From positions 1 through 59,083 of IMG/VR virus record IMGVR_UViG_3300042568_000868: a stretch of 59,083 nt of DNA; one strand, written 5' to 3'. The DNA is from a virus. Its lineage: Duplodnaviria > Caudoviricetes. Below, one piece after another: positions 10,762-19,728 of this stretch (its first letter is position 1; each line of letters starts with the position of its first letter). The notes under the pieces were generated by a model, which worked only from the letters and a program-made list of their open reading frames with translations, was not told the DNA's origin and did no database searches. The translations under genes were made by a program, and so were the position numbers.

Positions 10762-11319
10762 TTACATATAATAACTTGGTTGGTATATATTCTTATTGCT
10801 AGATATGTTTAACATTTTTTGATAGTAAAGCTCAGCATCTTCTATGTATCCTAACTCTGCTGAGTTTAATAGCATTTGTTCTAGGAATGCAAATGTAGTC
10901 AAAGCCTTCTCCATATCAAAATCCTCAAAGATACATTTCTTTGTAGCTATAAGATTTAATTTATATGAATAGAAAATATCTGTATTTACATAAACAATAC
11001 TAACCAAATCTGCACTAGAAATAAGAATTAATTCAAATACTCCATCAGCTGTAAATGGTTCTGAATTTGGATCGTCAGGAAGCATTGTTGTAGCATCTAT
11101 AAGTAGTTTGTATTCATCTGTTGTAGGAGCTGCTGCTAATGTAGCCGCAAGAACCACTGGATCTATTGTATAACTAGCATCAAGACCATTTGTTATTATC
11201 CTAGCTTTTATATCAACTATAGTCGTAGCGTATGGATCTGTAATAACATCATCATTATATAAATCTACATTTATAAGTCCAGATATCTTTGATACGTATA
11301 TTTTCTCTATTGTTATCAT
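10762..11319 (-). CDS. Hypothetical virion protein
   Basis: Tightly packed ORF in the structural operon. Confidence 0.5.
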   Translation of the reverse strand: MITIEKIYVSKISGLINVDLYNDDVITDPYATTIVDIKARIITNGLDASYTIDPVVLAATLAAAPTTDEYKLLIDATTMLPDDPNSEPFTADGVFELILISSADLVSIVYVNTDIFYSYKLNLIATKKCIFEDFDMEKALTTFAFLEQMLLNSAELGYIEDAELYYQKMLNISSNKNIYQPSYYM

Positions 11320-11329
11320 ATATTATTCT

Positions 11330-11368
11330 TTAAACTAAAAAAGGGCAGTCTTGATAACCGCCCCTTCT
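11330..11368 (-). terminator. Intrinsic terminator after auxiliary capsid gene
   Basis: AAGGGC...GCCCCTT stem; U-tract on the minus strand. Confidence 0.6.
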
Positions 11369-11379
11369 ATTGTTATTTA

Positions 11380-12579
11380 TTAGAGACCAGCCCAAGTTGC
11401 GATTGCATCGCGCAATACTTCTGCATCTCCAGCACCGCCAACAGTATCAATGTAAACCTCAGAAGCGAAGTCTGTAGATTTTACATATTGATTGTCTGGA
11501 CTTTGATAGTTGTTTGAAAACTCGATAACCAAAGTATCATAGTTTTTAGTCAAATCAACATTCAATTCTGGTTTGATTACAGGCCATTCAGTTCTGTATG
11601 TAATGCCTCTGTAAGCCAAAGCAGCTTGTTCTCTATCACGAACGATATATTTGTTTCCGCGACCAGGAGCGCTTTTTACAGTAGCAACTGTAGCACCTGG
11701 AACTACTTCATATACATTCGAACGTGGAGTAGTTGGATTTGTTTTGTACAAATAAACATCCATTTGAACTTGAGAATATGGAGTGATTGCTTCTTTACCT
11801 TGAGTAGAGAAACCATTGTCAACTACAGATAGAGCAGCCAAATAGATTACTCCAGCTTCAACTGTAATGTTTGCAGTTGGAACGTCTGTAGATTCGCCAC
11901 CAATCAATGTAAGTGTTTGTGTTGGATTAGCTGCATTGTGAGCTGCGATAAGTTGAGCAAGAGTGCTTACACTATCAGCAGTTAATACAACGTTAGCAGT
12001 AATACCAGCACCAGAACCAACGATTGTAGCAGCAGGACTAACACCAGCAACTGTACCAGAGAAATATGCATTATACGCAGTCACTCTGCGACCAGCGTGA
12101 GCGTTAATACGAGTGTACAATTTGTTTGCCAAAGTGATAGCAGTTTCTCCAGTTGCAGCAATAGCCTCATAAGAATGAGTGAATTGACCTGGATGCTCAT
12201 ACAAGTCGTTATAAACGATACGAGCTACATAACGATGACCAACAGTGATAGTTGCGCCAGTGATGTCAATAACAGAAGAAGCTTCTGTATTTGCAACATA
12301 TGCACAAGTTCCGTTAGGTGTAATAGATTTAATTTTATCTTTGCTAATTGGAGCAGATTTCTCGATGACTGCGTCTTGAATCAAAGTTCCAACTGATTTT
12401 ACATATCCTAATTGGATTGTAGGAATAGAAGAACTAAGACCATTGCTAGCTATGATAGTTCCGTTTGCTGGGTTAATCATTACGATATCACCAACTGTAA
12501 GAGTATTAGCGTCTGATGGGTTTTTCGCTGTAACATATGATTGTTTTCCAACGAATACTGTATTTACTTTTTGTAACAT
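11380..12579 (-). CDS. crAss-like auxiliary capsid (head decoration) protein
   Basis: GHRYVARIVYND, GQFTHSYE, VRDREQAALAYRG, PDNQYVK motifs; conserved position downstream of MCP. Confidence 0.65.
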   Translation of the reverse strand: MLQKVNTVFVGKQSYVTAKNPSDANTLTVGDIVMINPANGTIIASNGLSSSIPTIQLGYVKSVGTLIQDAVIEKSAPISKDKIKSITPNGTCAYVANTEASSVIDITGATITVGHRYVARIVYNDLYEHPGQFTHSYEAIAATGETAITLANKLYTRINAHAGRRVTAYNAYFSGTVAGVSPAATIVGSGAGITANVVLTADSVSTLAQLIAAHNAANPTQTLTLIGGESTDVPTANITVEAGVIYLAALSVVDNGFSTQGKEAITPYSQVQMDVYLYKTNPTTPRSNVYEVVPGATVATVKSAPGRGNKYIVRDREQAALAYRGITYRTEWPVIKPELNVDLTKNYDTLVIEFSNNYQSPDNQYVKSTDFASEVYIDTVGGAGDAEVLRDAIATWAGL

Positions 12580-12600
12580 AATTTTAGTTAATTTAATGAG

Positions 12601-12666
12601 CTCAGCTTAACTAGTTGTTTAGTCGCTCTACTTTCGCATTGGATTTCCACGTTGAACTAAACTGAG
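12601..12666 (-). ncRNA. Candidate structured 5' leader of auxiliary capsid gene
   Basis: CTCAG/CTGAG and TTTAGT/ACTAAA stems enclosing GTGGAAATCC and GCGAAAGT loops on the minus strand. Confidence 0.35.
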
Positions 12667-12677
12667 ATTTGTTATTG

Positions 12678-13400
12678 TTATTCGGATGTTAAAGCATTTG
12701 AGGCATAAGAGTTAATCCTTATATCTGAAATGTTTTCTAATGCAAGACTAACAGCTTCTACGACTATCTCGCTCCACGTATGGTCTGGCAATGTTGTTAT
12801 TGTACTAGTTCTACTCACTGTAGACGAATACCAATCTAATTTTTCTGGCATCTTTATGTAAGTTAATACATATTTCTGTATAGAGTAATTGCCATCCGTA
12901 TAAAGCCTTATATGGTTATTTACAAATAATCTAATTGGCTTTGCGGAATCTCCATTCAAATTATGCTCTGATAGTTTAGATTTTAATTTAGAGTCTATAT
13001 CTTCTATAGTAGACTCAATCACATCTGTTCTTAAAACCGTCTTCTGTCCATTCTTTTCTGGCCACAACTCAGACGTTGATGTTATAAATGCAGTCTCTCC
13101 TACAGCGATAAAATAATCTGATGGATAGTCAACCTCTATTGAATAATCAAAACCTTGAGTGACGTTTGATACGTCATAAGGTCTTTCCACGACTAAAGTT
13201 CTGAGATCTTCAGTTCGTTTTTGATTTTGTTGAAATCCAGTTCTATACAGGTTTCTACCAGAATATCTAGACTTTATAAATCTCTCAATAGAACTATTAA
13301 GCCAATAGTCTATTTCTTCTGGAAGAAATGATGGGTAACTAGATATTTCTGATTTATCTAATTCTATCTTAAAGTTTCTATGGAGTTCTGTTAGTGTCAT
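12678..13400 (-). CDS. crAss-like ring/connector protein
   Basis: FLPEEIDYWLN, GFQQNQKRTEDL, LTYIKMP, LPDHT motifs; position after MCP. Confidence 0.65.
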   Translation of the reverse strand: MTLTELHRNFKIELDKSEISSYPSFLPEEIDYWLNSSIERFIKSRYSGRNLYRTGFQQNQKRTEDLRTLVVERPYDVSNVTQGFDYSIEVDYPSDYFIAVGETAFITSTSELWPEKNGQKTVLRTDVIESTIEDIDSKLKSKLSEHNLNGDSAKPIRLFVNNHIRLYTDGNYSIQKYVLTYIKMPEKLDWYSSTVSRTSTITTLPDHTWSEIVVEAVSLALENISDIRINSYASNALTSE

Positions 13401-14149
13401 TTACTTTCTAGTTCATTCATGATCGCCATTCGGAGATCTTGATTGTTTTTGTTATTTAAATATGCAACCGTATCTTCTAGAGATGTTCCTATGATTTCAG
13501 TACCATAGTAGTATGCATTTTTATTTTTTCTCATTATATTCTTAGCAAGGGCTGTTTGAATGATAACTTCAGTATCTTTGCTTTTATTATCAACCCACTT
13601 AGAGAAGAATACTTCTGGATCTCTTTCTACTAGTTCGAACAATTTGCTCTCTACTAATTCAGAGGACATTGTATCTGATTTGTAACCAAGCAGTCTTAGG
13701 CATTTTCTCATATCATCAAGAGAAAGTTTATCGAACTCCTTAATTGCCTCTCTTTTCCTTTTATTAATCTTATTGCTTTCTTGAGCTTCAGAATCCTTAT
13801 TGATTATAATATATTCTGTCATAGGTTTCAAATCATTTACTCCGTTAGCAACCCTTTTATGGTTTCTCAAGAATAGATATTGAAGTTCATCCCATGGACG
13901 AGAAGTATCTAGATATGTTTCTTTTGCTGAAATTTTGATAGCAAATGTAGACCAATATTTACTAAATGGAGCTAGAGTGTCTTTTTCTAGTCCCAATGCT
14001 TTTTCAAGTCGAATGGCATCTTCTTCTGTAAGTCCAGTGTGTTTGTTGCCAGATCTTGTTAGTACTGGTGATATGTAATCAAAGCATCCTTTATACTTTA
14101 TCACGCCAGCCCATGAGTCCTTTTTTTTGTGTTTTAATACAACTTCCAT
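13397..14149 (-). CDS. Conserved crAss-like protein downstream of MCP
   Basis: TRSGNKHTGL, PWDELQYLFL motifs; synteny. Confidence 0.6.
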   Translation of the reverse strand: MEVVLKHKKKDSWAGVIKYKGCFDYISPVLTRSGNKHTGLTEEDAIRLEKALGLEKDTLAPFSKYWSTFAIKISAKETYLDTSRPWDELQYLFLRNHKRVANGVNDLKPMTEYIIINKDSEAQESNKINKRKREAIKEFDKLSLDDMRKCLRLLGYKSDTMSSELVESKLFELVERDPEVFFSKWVDNKSKDTEVIIQTALAKNIMRKNKNAYYYGTEIIGTSLEDTVAYLNNKNNQDLRMAIMNELESK

Positions 14150-14182
14150 ATTGTCATTAGTTTATTACTAGTTAATATAGTT

Positions 14183-14209
14183 ATGCGGTCCAGAACCAAC
14201 CAGACCGCA
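14183..14209 (-). terminator. Hairpin after major capsid gene
   Basis: TGCGGTC / GACCGCA inverted repeat. Confidence 0.45.
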
Positions 14210-14215
14210 CTATGA

Positions 14216-15688
14216 TTACTCTACATCAAGAATCAACTCGCCACAAGCACGTGGGTCGAGGACCATGATACCTACTTCACCTAGGAAGTGTACAGAGTAT
14301 CCGTCTTTCGCGTTAGAACGCAATGTGTTAACCGATTTAGCATATCCTGCACCTGGGGTAACAGAACCACCTGTATGCCAAATAACCATCTCTCTATCTT
14401 TGCGAGCAACCTTAACGATGTTAGATTCTCCGTCGCGCATTCCAAAGTCAAGGAATGTAAAACGATAAGATTCAGTAGGTTTACCTGTGATAGGGTGAAG
14501 AGTACGGTTGTGGATTAAATCATCATACAAAGGTAGATGTTTAACTGTCAACTCGATACCGTTAGTCATTTTGTAAGTAGTGAATTGACCACCCAATACA
14601 AGCTCTTGACCTGAACCAGTGATAAATTTGCTATCTACAACTGTAAATGCAGCAGCTTTTTCTTTAAGAACGCGGTCAAATTCACGCATTCCCATTTCGC
14701 CAGTGAAAGCAACGAATTTACGTTCGTTAGTTCCAAGCAAGTTATAAGACATGTCATACAAGAAATCTTCAAGAAGATCTGCTGTAAGTTCTGTATAATA
14801 ACGACGGTTAGCTGGTGCGATTTGTTGCAATAGACCTGCTCCAATATAAACTGGACGACCATTAGAACCCATCAAGCTAGTAGTACCATCTGCGTTTGCG
14901 TTGTATTTAGAGTATACAAGTTGACGCTCAAGACGTTTCATCCATTCGCGAGCAGCTTTCCACTCTTGGAAATCAGACCATAAGTAAGATGTTTTTCCAG
15001 ATTTAGGATCTTTCAAACCAACAGCTAGTACAGTGCTATAAGCAGAACCTGTAATATCATAAGACAAACGTACAGTAGTCAAGTGATTGTGTAGTTTGAT
15101 ATGAGTGCTGTAGTTGATGATATCAGCTTCTTCTGAGTATTCTTCGTAAGCAGAACCTAGACGAGAAACTTGACATCCTTGTTGAAGCAATTCAGCAGGA
15201 ACATAAGAAGCAGCTTGTCCATCAGCTAAGAAACAGGTATAAACCCACTCATTACCATCTTGATAAGGAGCTCCAGCTACACGTAGTTGGTATTCTTTGT
15301 TATCCAATTCGAGGATTGCACCAGGACCAAACCATTTATCTTCTAGGCTAATCATGATTGGAGTGTTACCAAGACCAGCTTGAACACCAGTAGTTACTGC
15401 AGAACCATTCCAACGAGCAGAACGGATAGTTACAGCACGGTCTGAATCAATCATAACATTCCAGCGGAATTCTCTTTGATCGATTACTTTTGTTTTACCA
15501 AGACCACCAGTCAAGAAATCTAGAGATGATGTGTATCCACCGTCTTTAGTACCAAATACATAAGAAATTATGTTTGCTACTTCGTGTGGTTTTGTAAGCA
15601 GAGCATTAGACAACATATTCTCATCAACAAGATCAGAGAACCATTTGCCTTTATACATCTGCAGGTTATTTAAAATTCCATTTTCCAT
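14216..15688 (-). CDS. Major capsid protein
   Basis: 490 aa; TerL-portal-scaffold-MCP order; crAss-type motifs (GAGLLQQI, TGEMGMREF, DGYSVHFLGEVG). Confidence 0.88.
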   Translation of the reverse strand: MENGILNNLQMYKGKWFSDLVDENMLSNALLTKPHEVANIISYVFGTKDGGYTSSLDFLTGGLGKTKVIDQREFRWNVMIDSDRAVTIRSARWNGSAVTTGVQAGLGNTPIMISLEDKWFGPGAILELDNKEYQLRVAGAPYQDGNEWVYTCFLADGQAASYVPAELLQQGCQVSRLGSAYEEYSEEADIINYSTHIKLHNHLTTVRLSYDITGSAYSTVLAVGLKDPKSGKTSYLWSDFQEWKAAREWMKRLERQLVYSKYNANADGTTSLMGSNGRPVYIGAGLLQQIAPANRRYYTELTADLLEDFLYDMSYNLLGTNERKFVAFTGEMGMREFDRVLKEKAAAFTVVDSKFITGSGQELVLGGQFTTYKMTNGIELTVKHLPLYDDLIHNRTLHPITGKPTESYRFTFLDFGMRDGESNIVKVARKDREMVIWHTGGSVTPGAGYAKSVNTLRSNAKDGYSVHFLGEVGIMVLDPRACGELILDVE

Positions 15689-15711
15689 ATATAAAACTTA
15701 GTTTTATTTGT

Positions 15712-16827
15712 TTAGTTTTTTGAGGGTTTCATTAGTTGAGATGAGGCAATATCCCATATGTTGCGTACTCCTCCATTGTTAATTGTTTGTTTAGAACCTC
15801 CAACGAATTTCGTAGATTTGAGACTATCTTTAAATTTTTCAACCGCAGATGTTTCTCCACTCTTTTTTGCCTGAGAAATTAGAGCATCGCCCTTCATTGT
15901 GAAGTAAGCGGACTCTATTAAGTTCTTTGTTGATTTAGCATAGTCCTTTTGATATTTAGTAAGACCGTCTGACTCAACTCTAAATATATATTCCATAAGC
16001 TCTTTTTTATCTTGCTTAGGAATTTTTATTCCACGAACCTCAGATGTAGATTCTATTTCCTGAACAACGCTGTTGTAAAATTTTTGTTGTTCTTGCTCAG
16101 CTTTCTCCTTAGCCATTTTTTGATTCTCCAATAGCTCTTTCTTTTCTACCTCTTTGCTCTCTTTTAAGAACTCTAAAGCATCAATAGCTTCGTCTTCTAA
16201 GATATCTGCATCTTCATACTTCTCTATCTTTCTCCTTATTTGAGTATCATTGAATCCTTTCTGAGCTAAAAACTCTTTTACGATTTCTTTTTGTGTAGCA
16301 ATATTGCTTGTATCTACATCATCATACTCGTAAGAAGACGATAAATTAAAGTAATCTTGGATGCTTCCTCCGTTTTTAACGAAGTCATCTAATTCTTTTA
16401 TTTGGTCATTTGCATATGATGGAGCGCTATTTACTTCAATAGCACTCTTCATATACTCGACTAAATCTTCTACACTCTTAGGTTTCTCGTCATCTGAGAT
16501 ATCTTCCCACCCAATAGTTTCTGCTAATGCATCGAAGAATGTTGAAACTACTGTAGAATCTTCATTGGCATCATCATTTTGTTCTTCTTCTTTGGGTTCA
16601 TCCTCAGATGGTTTCTCTTCTACTTTAGACTCTTCGTCTTTGATTGGTTCATCATTTTGGAACTCTTCTGTTGTGTCATTCTCGTCAATCAAGTCGAATG
16701 GATTTTCTTCATCAATATCAGTTCCTCCGTATACCTCCATGCCTGGTATCGCCCTAGAATTATCATTAGATCGCAATCCACCAAATACGGCATCAAAACC
16801 ACCTAGTACTTCTTTTCCTTTACTCAT
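15712..16827 (-). CDS. Putative capsid scaffolding protein
   Basis: Very acidic, coiled coil, directly upstream of MCP. Confidence 0.65.
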   Translation of the reverse strand: MSKGKEVLGGFDAVFGGLRSNDNSRAIPGMEVYGGTDIDEENPFDLIDENDTTEEFQNDEPIKDEESKVEEKPSEDEPKEEEQNDDANEDSTVVSTFFDALAETIGWEDISDDEKPKSVEDLVEYMKSAIEVNSAPSYANDQIKELDDFVKNGGSIQDYFNLSSSYEYDDVDTSNIATQKEIVKEFLAQKGFNDTQIRRKIEKYEDADILEDEAIDALEFLKESKEVEKKELLENQKMAKEKAEQEQQKFYNSVVQEIESTSEVRGIKIPKQDKKELMEYIFRVESDGLTKYQKDYAKSTKNLIESAYFTMKGDALISQAKKSGETSAVEKFKDSLKSTKFVGGSKQTINNGGVRNIWDIASSQLMKPSKN

Positions 16828-16863
16828 GATTATATTATTTAATCGAATTTATTTTTTTTGTAA

Positions 16864-16926
16864 TTAACATTTTTTACCGCCGCCTTTTTTGCCGCTTCCT
16901 TTTTTACTTCCAGATTTACAAGCCAT
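16864..16926 (-). CDS. 20-aa Lys/Gly-rich micropeptide MACKSGSKKGSGKKGGGKKC
   Basis: Manual translation; ATG 4 nt after upstream stop; too short for the ORF track. Confidence 0.55.
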   Translation of the reverse strand: MACKSGSKKGSGKKGGGKKC

Positions 16927-16930
16927 GATA

Positions 16931-17131
16931 TTAAATTTTATTTGATTTTATTTTATTATAAGCAAAACACAATTCTTTGTGGTCTTCAAATACCACCGGA
17001 CAGCCAACGCAATCCACATACGAAACCATCAACATTGGTTTACCTCCATTTTTAGCTTCGTTTTTCTTTACAGATCTCACATTGTCGAGATTAATCATCT
17101 CTCCTGGTTTAACTTCTACGAAATTACTCAT
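16931..17131 (-). CDS. Hypothetical protein
   Basis: Abuts portal stop codon. Confidence 0.6.
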   Translation of the reverse strand: MSNFVEVKPGEMINLDNVRSVKKNEAKNGGKPMLMVSYVDCVGCPVVFEDHKELCFAYNKIKSNKI

Positions 17132-17132
17132 A

Positions 17133-19664
17133 TTATTTCTCCCCTGTTGTTTTATTTTTTATTACTGTCCTGGCCTTTAGTTGTTCTCTTTCCATTGCAG
17201 CCTTATCTTTTTGTTTCTGCAAATTTATTTGGAAGTCCATCTTTTTAGATTCTAGTTCCATCTTCTTTGCTTCAATCTCTTTCTGCGTAGACAATTTTCT
17301 TTCTTCTAGATTTTTTTTAGATCTTATGTCTTCTTGCTTTATGTTTGCCTGCATTTCTTTGTCCATCATATTTGCCTGATGAATATTATTCTTTAGTGCA
17401 ATATCAGCAATCTCCATAACATCTGGAATCCCATTGTTATCAGCATCTAGATCTTCTTGGAATTTATATGCGTTAAGTTCTGCGACGTAAACCCTAGTTT
17501 GATTATCTGAATCTATTTTATATTTATCCAACTCTAGTTCAGATTGTTTCATTTGAAGCTCTTCTGCCTTAGCTTGTTGTTGAGCTTGAATCAATTGCAT
17601 TTGTCTTTGGTTCTCTTCTTCTGCAGCTTTAGATTGTTGCTCCATTCGTTTTTGTTCTATCTCAGATAGCTTGTTTGTTATGTCGTTTAGATTTTGCATA
17701 GACATTATTTGAGCTACATCTAATAGTGTAGCGCCATTCTGCATTGCTGGTTGATAAAGATTCTTTATTGCTTCTAGCAATTGAGTATCCCTAGTAGAAT
17801 CTGATACAAACAAATCAAAATCATCATTATAGAACTCATCAGATAGGTTTATAAATGCTCTAGAAGCGTCGTCAAGAATATAATGAAGGTACTTCTTATC
17901 GCTCTGTCTCCAAGCTTCTTTAGCTACGTTTAAAAGAGCTTTAAGCATATTCTTTTTGAATTGCCCATGCATCCAGAATAAAGGCTCTGTAATGTATGCA
18001 GATTGCTGTACAGACAATGATGTATTACCAACTAACTCGCTAGGTGATATCGCTCCTTCTCTTTGTTTGGAAACACCAGATATAGCTGATATCATCTCCT
18101 CAATCTTAGACATCAAATTGATGTACTGGTTGATTACGTCTGACATAGTTAAATCTAATGCAGATATCTGATTAAACTGAGCTGGTTTACCTCCTTCTCG
18201 GCCTGGTATATCCCATCCTTCTTCATATGGATTAACAAAGTTAACACCAATAGCAGATAGATAATGCATCCATTTTGCAGCATCTATATTCATTGATTTA
18301 GGGATCTGTGTTATATCCATTGTTATAACTTTACCCTTATCTCTTGATAATGCAAGTTCAAGTCTATACCATACAATTATATACATATACTGCAATGGCT
18401 TCATTATTGCAACTAGAGATTTCGATGGAGTGTTTGAATTATTGTGTATAACTCCAACATATGGAAGTTTTTGTGCATTTGGATTGTCTATGGATACAAA
18501 TTGATATTCTATTGGATTTATACCTGCATATAGGTCTGTGCCTATTCTATATCCTTCCCATATCTCAATAATCCATTTCCATTCTAGAGATACTTCAGTT
18601 CCAACCATCATATAGTCTTCGCTAACCATAGTCTCTTGTATATCCCCTACCTCATCTACATACTTAAGGAATCCAATCTTCTTGAATGATTTCCATGTTA
18701 CATGCCATAGGTTAACAGAATTACTTGAGTTAATATTCTCATCATCAATAGAAGATACTGTCTTCATATCTAGATGGACATAGTCTATCATCGGTCTATC
18801 ACTTCCGTAGTTTCCAGCATTTGGCTGGTCTGTACACATTTCTAGTAGCTTATCGAGGTCTTTCTCATCTAACTTATCATACAGTCTATCATAAGCCTCT
18901 GTATATGATGTACGCATCTTTCTGCAAGCCCAGTCACCATCCTCTATGAATTCTAAGTCTGGAGATTGATCGTGAGCAAAGTATTTGGGATTAACCCTTT
19001 CTGCGATTGGATTGCCATTCTGTATACCAACATAACCTACCTCCTTGCCTGATATCAAGCCGTCTTTCCAGGCTTTTACAAATTCGTGTTGAAGATTTAG
19101 TTTTTCCTTTAAATAAGCAAGAGCTCTAGATGCTACATGCTCACCCATATCTTTGTAATCTTGAGTGATATATTTTGATATAGATTCAGGCTCCATGATT
19201 TCTCCTGATTCTAGTTTAGCTTGAAAATCTGCAGCCGCTTCTTCGTCTAGTTCTGCCATTGCAGATGCCATTAGATAATCAGTTATCATTAACTTCATCT
19301 TCTCCTGTATCTCTGAAGATGCATCGTCGCTGGTTCTAACTACTTTATGATTGAAAGGACGTTTAGTCTCCTCGCCTATTAATAGGTCTATCTTTTCTTT
19401 TATGATGTTCATATTTTGAGGAGATGCAGGGAACCCATCGTCTTGATTAAATGGATTGGTAACATATAACAAGTCCTCTTTATCTATGATTCCATTGTAT
19501 AGATTATAGTTAATCTGCATCTCATCTGCATCAGTCCTCTCCGTTGGAGAATGTGATATTTCCGACATACCAATTATATAATCAACACATCTTTCTCTCC
19601 ATTCTTTATTCTTCTTTTTTAATGGAAGTTTCTGAGCTGGGAATATAGTTGTTGTTTCTTTCAT
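17133..19664 (-). CDS. Portal protein
   Basis: 843 aa directly after TerL; FPAQKLP N-terminus, WEGYRIG, GVSKQREG motifs, coiled-coil C-terminus. Confidence 0.88.
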   Translation of the reverse strand: MKETTTIFPAQKLPLKKKNKEWRERCVDYIIGMSEISHSPTERTDADEMQINYNLYNGIIDKEDLLYVTNPFNQDDGFPASPQNMNIIKEKIDLLIGEETKRPFNHKVVRTSDDASSEIQEKMKLMITDYLMASAMAELDEEAAADFQAKLESGEIMEPESISKYITQDYKDMGEHVASRALAYLKEKLNLQHEFVKAWKDGLISGKEVGYVGIQNGNPIAERVNPKYFAHDQSPDLEFIEDGDWACRKMRTSYTEAYDRLYDKLDEKDLDKLLEMCTDQPNAGNYGSDRPMIDYVHLDMKTVSSIDDENINSSNSVNLWHVTWKSFKKIGFLKYVDEVGDIQETMVSEDYMMVGTEVSLEWKWIIEIWEGYRIGTDLYAGINPIEYQFVSIDNPNAQKLPYVGVIHNNSNTPSKSLVAIMKPLQYMYIIVWYRLELALSRDKGKVITMDITQIPKSMNIDAAKWMHYLSAIGVNFVNPYEEGWDIPGREGGKPAQFNQISALDLTMSDVINQYINLMSKIEEMISAISGVSKQREGAISPSELVGNTSLSVQQSAYITEPLFWMHGQFKKNMLKALLNVAKEAWRQSDKKYLHYILDDASRAFINLSDEFYNDDFDLFVSDSTRDTQLLEAIKNLYQPAMQNGATLLDVAQIMSMQNLNDITNKLSEIEQKRMEQQSKAAEEENQRQMQLIQAQQQAKAEELQMKQSELELDKYKIDSDNQTRVYVAELNAYKFQEDLDADNNGIPDVMEIADIALKNNIHQANMMDKEMQANIKQEDIRSKKNLEERKLSTQKEIEAKKMELESKKMDFQINLQKQKDKAAMEREQLKARTVIKNKTTGEK

Positions 19665-19728
19665 TTATATTATTTTTATATTTCGAAATATATAATACAT
19701 AGTCCTATGATCATTCGGATATATGTAT

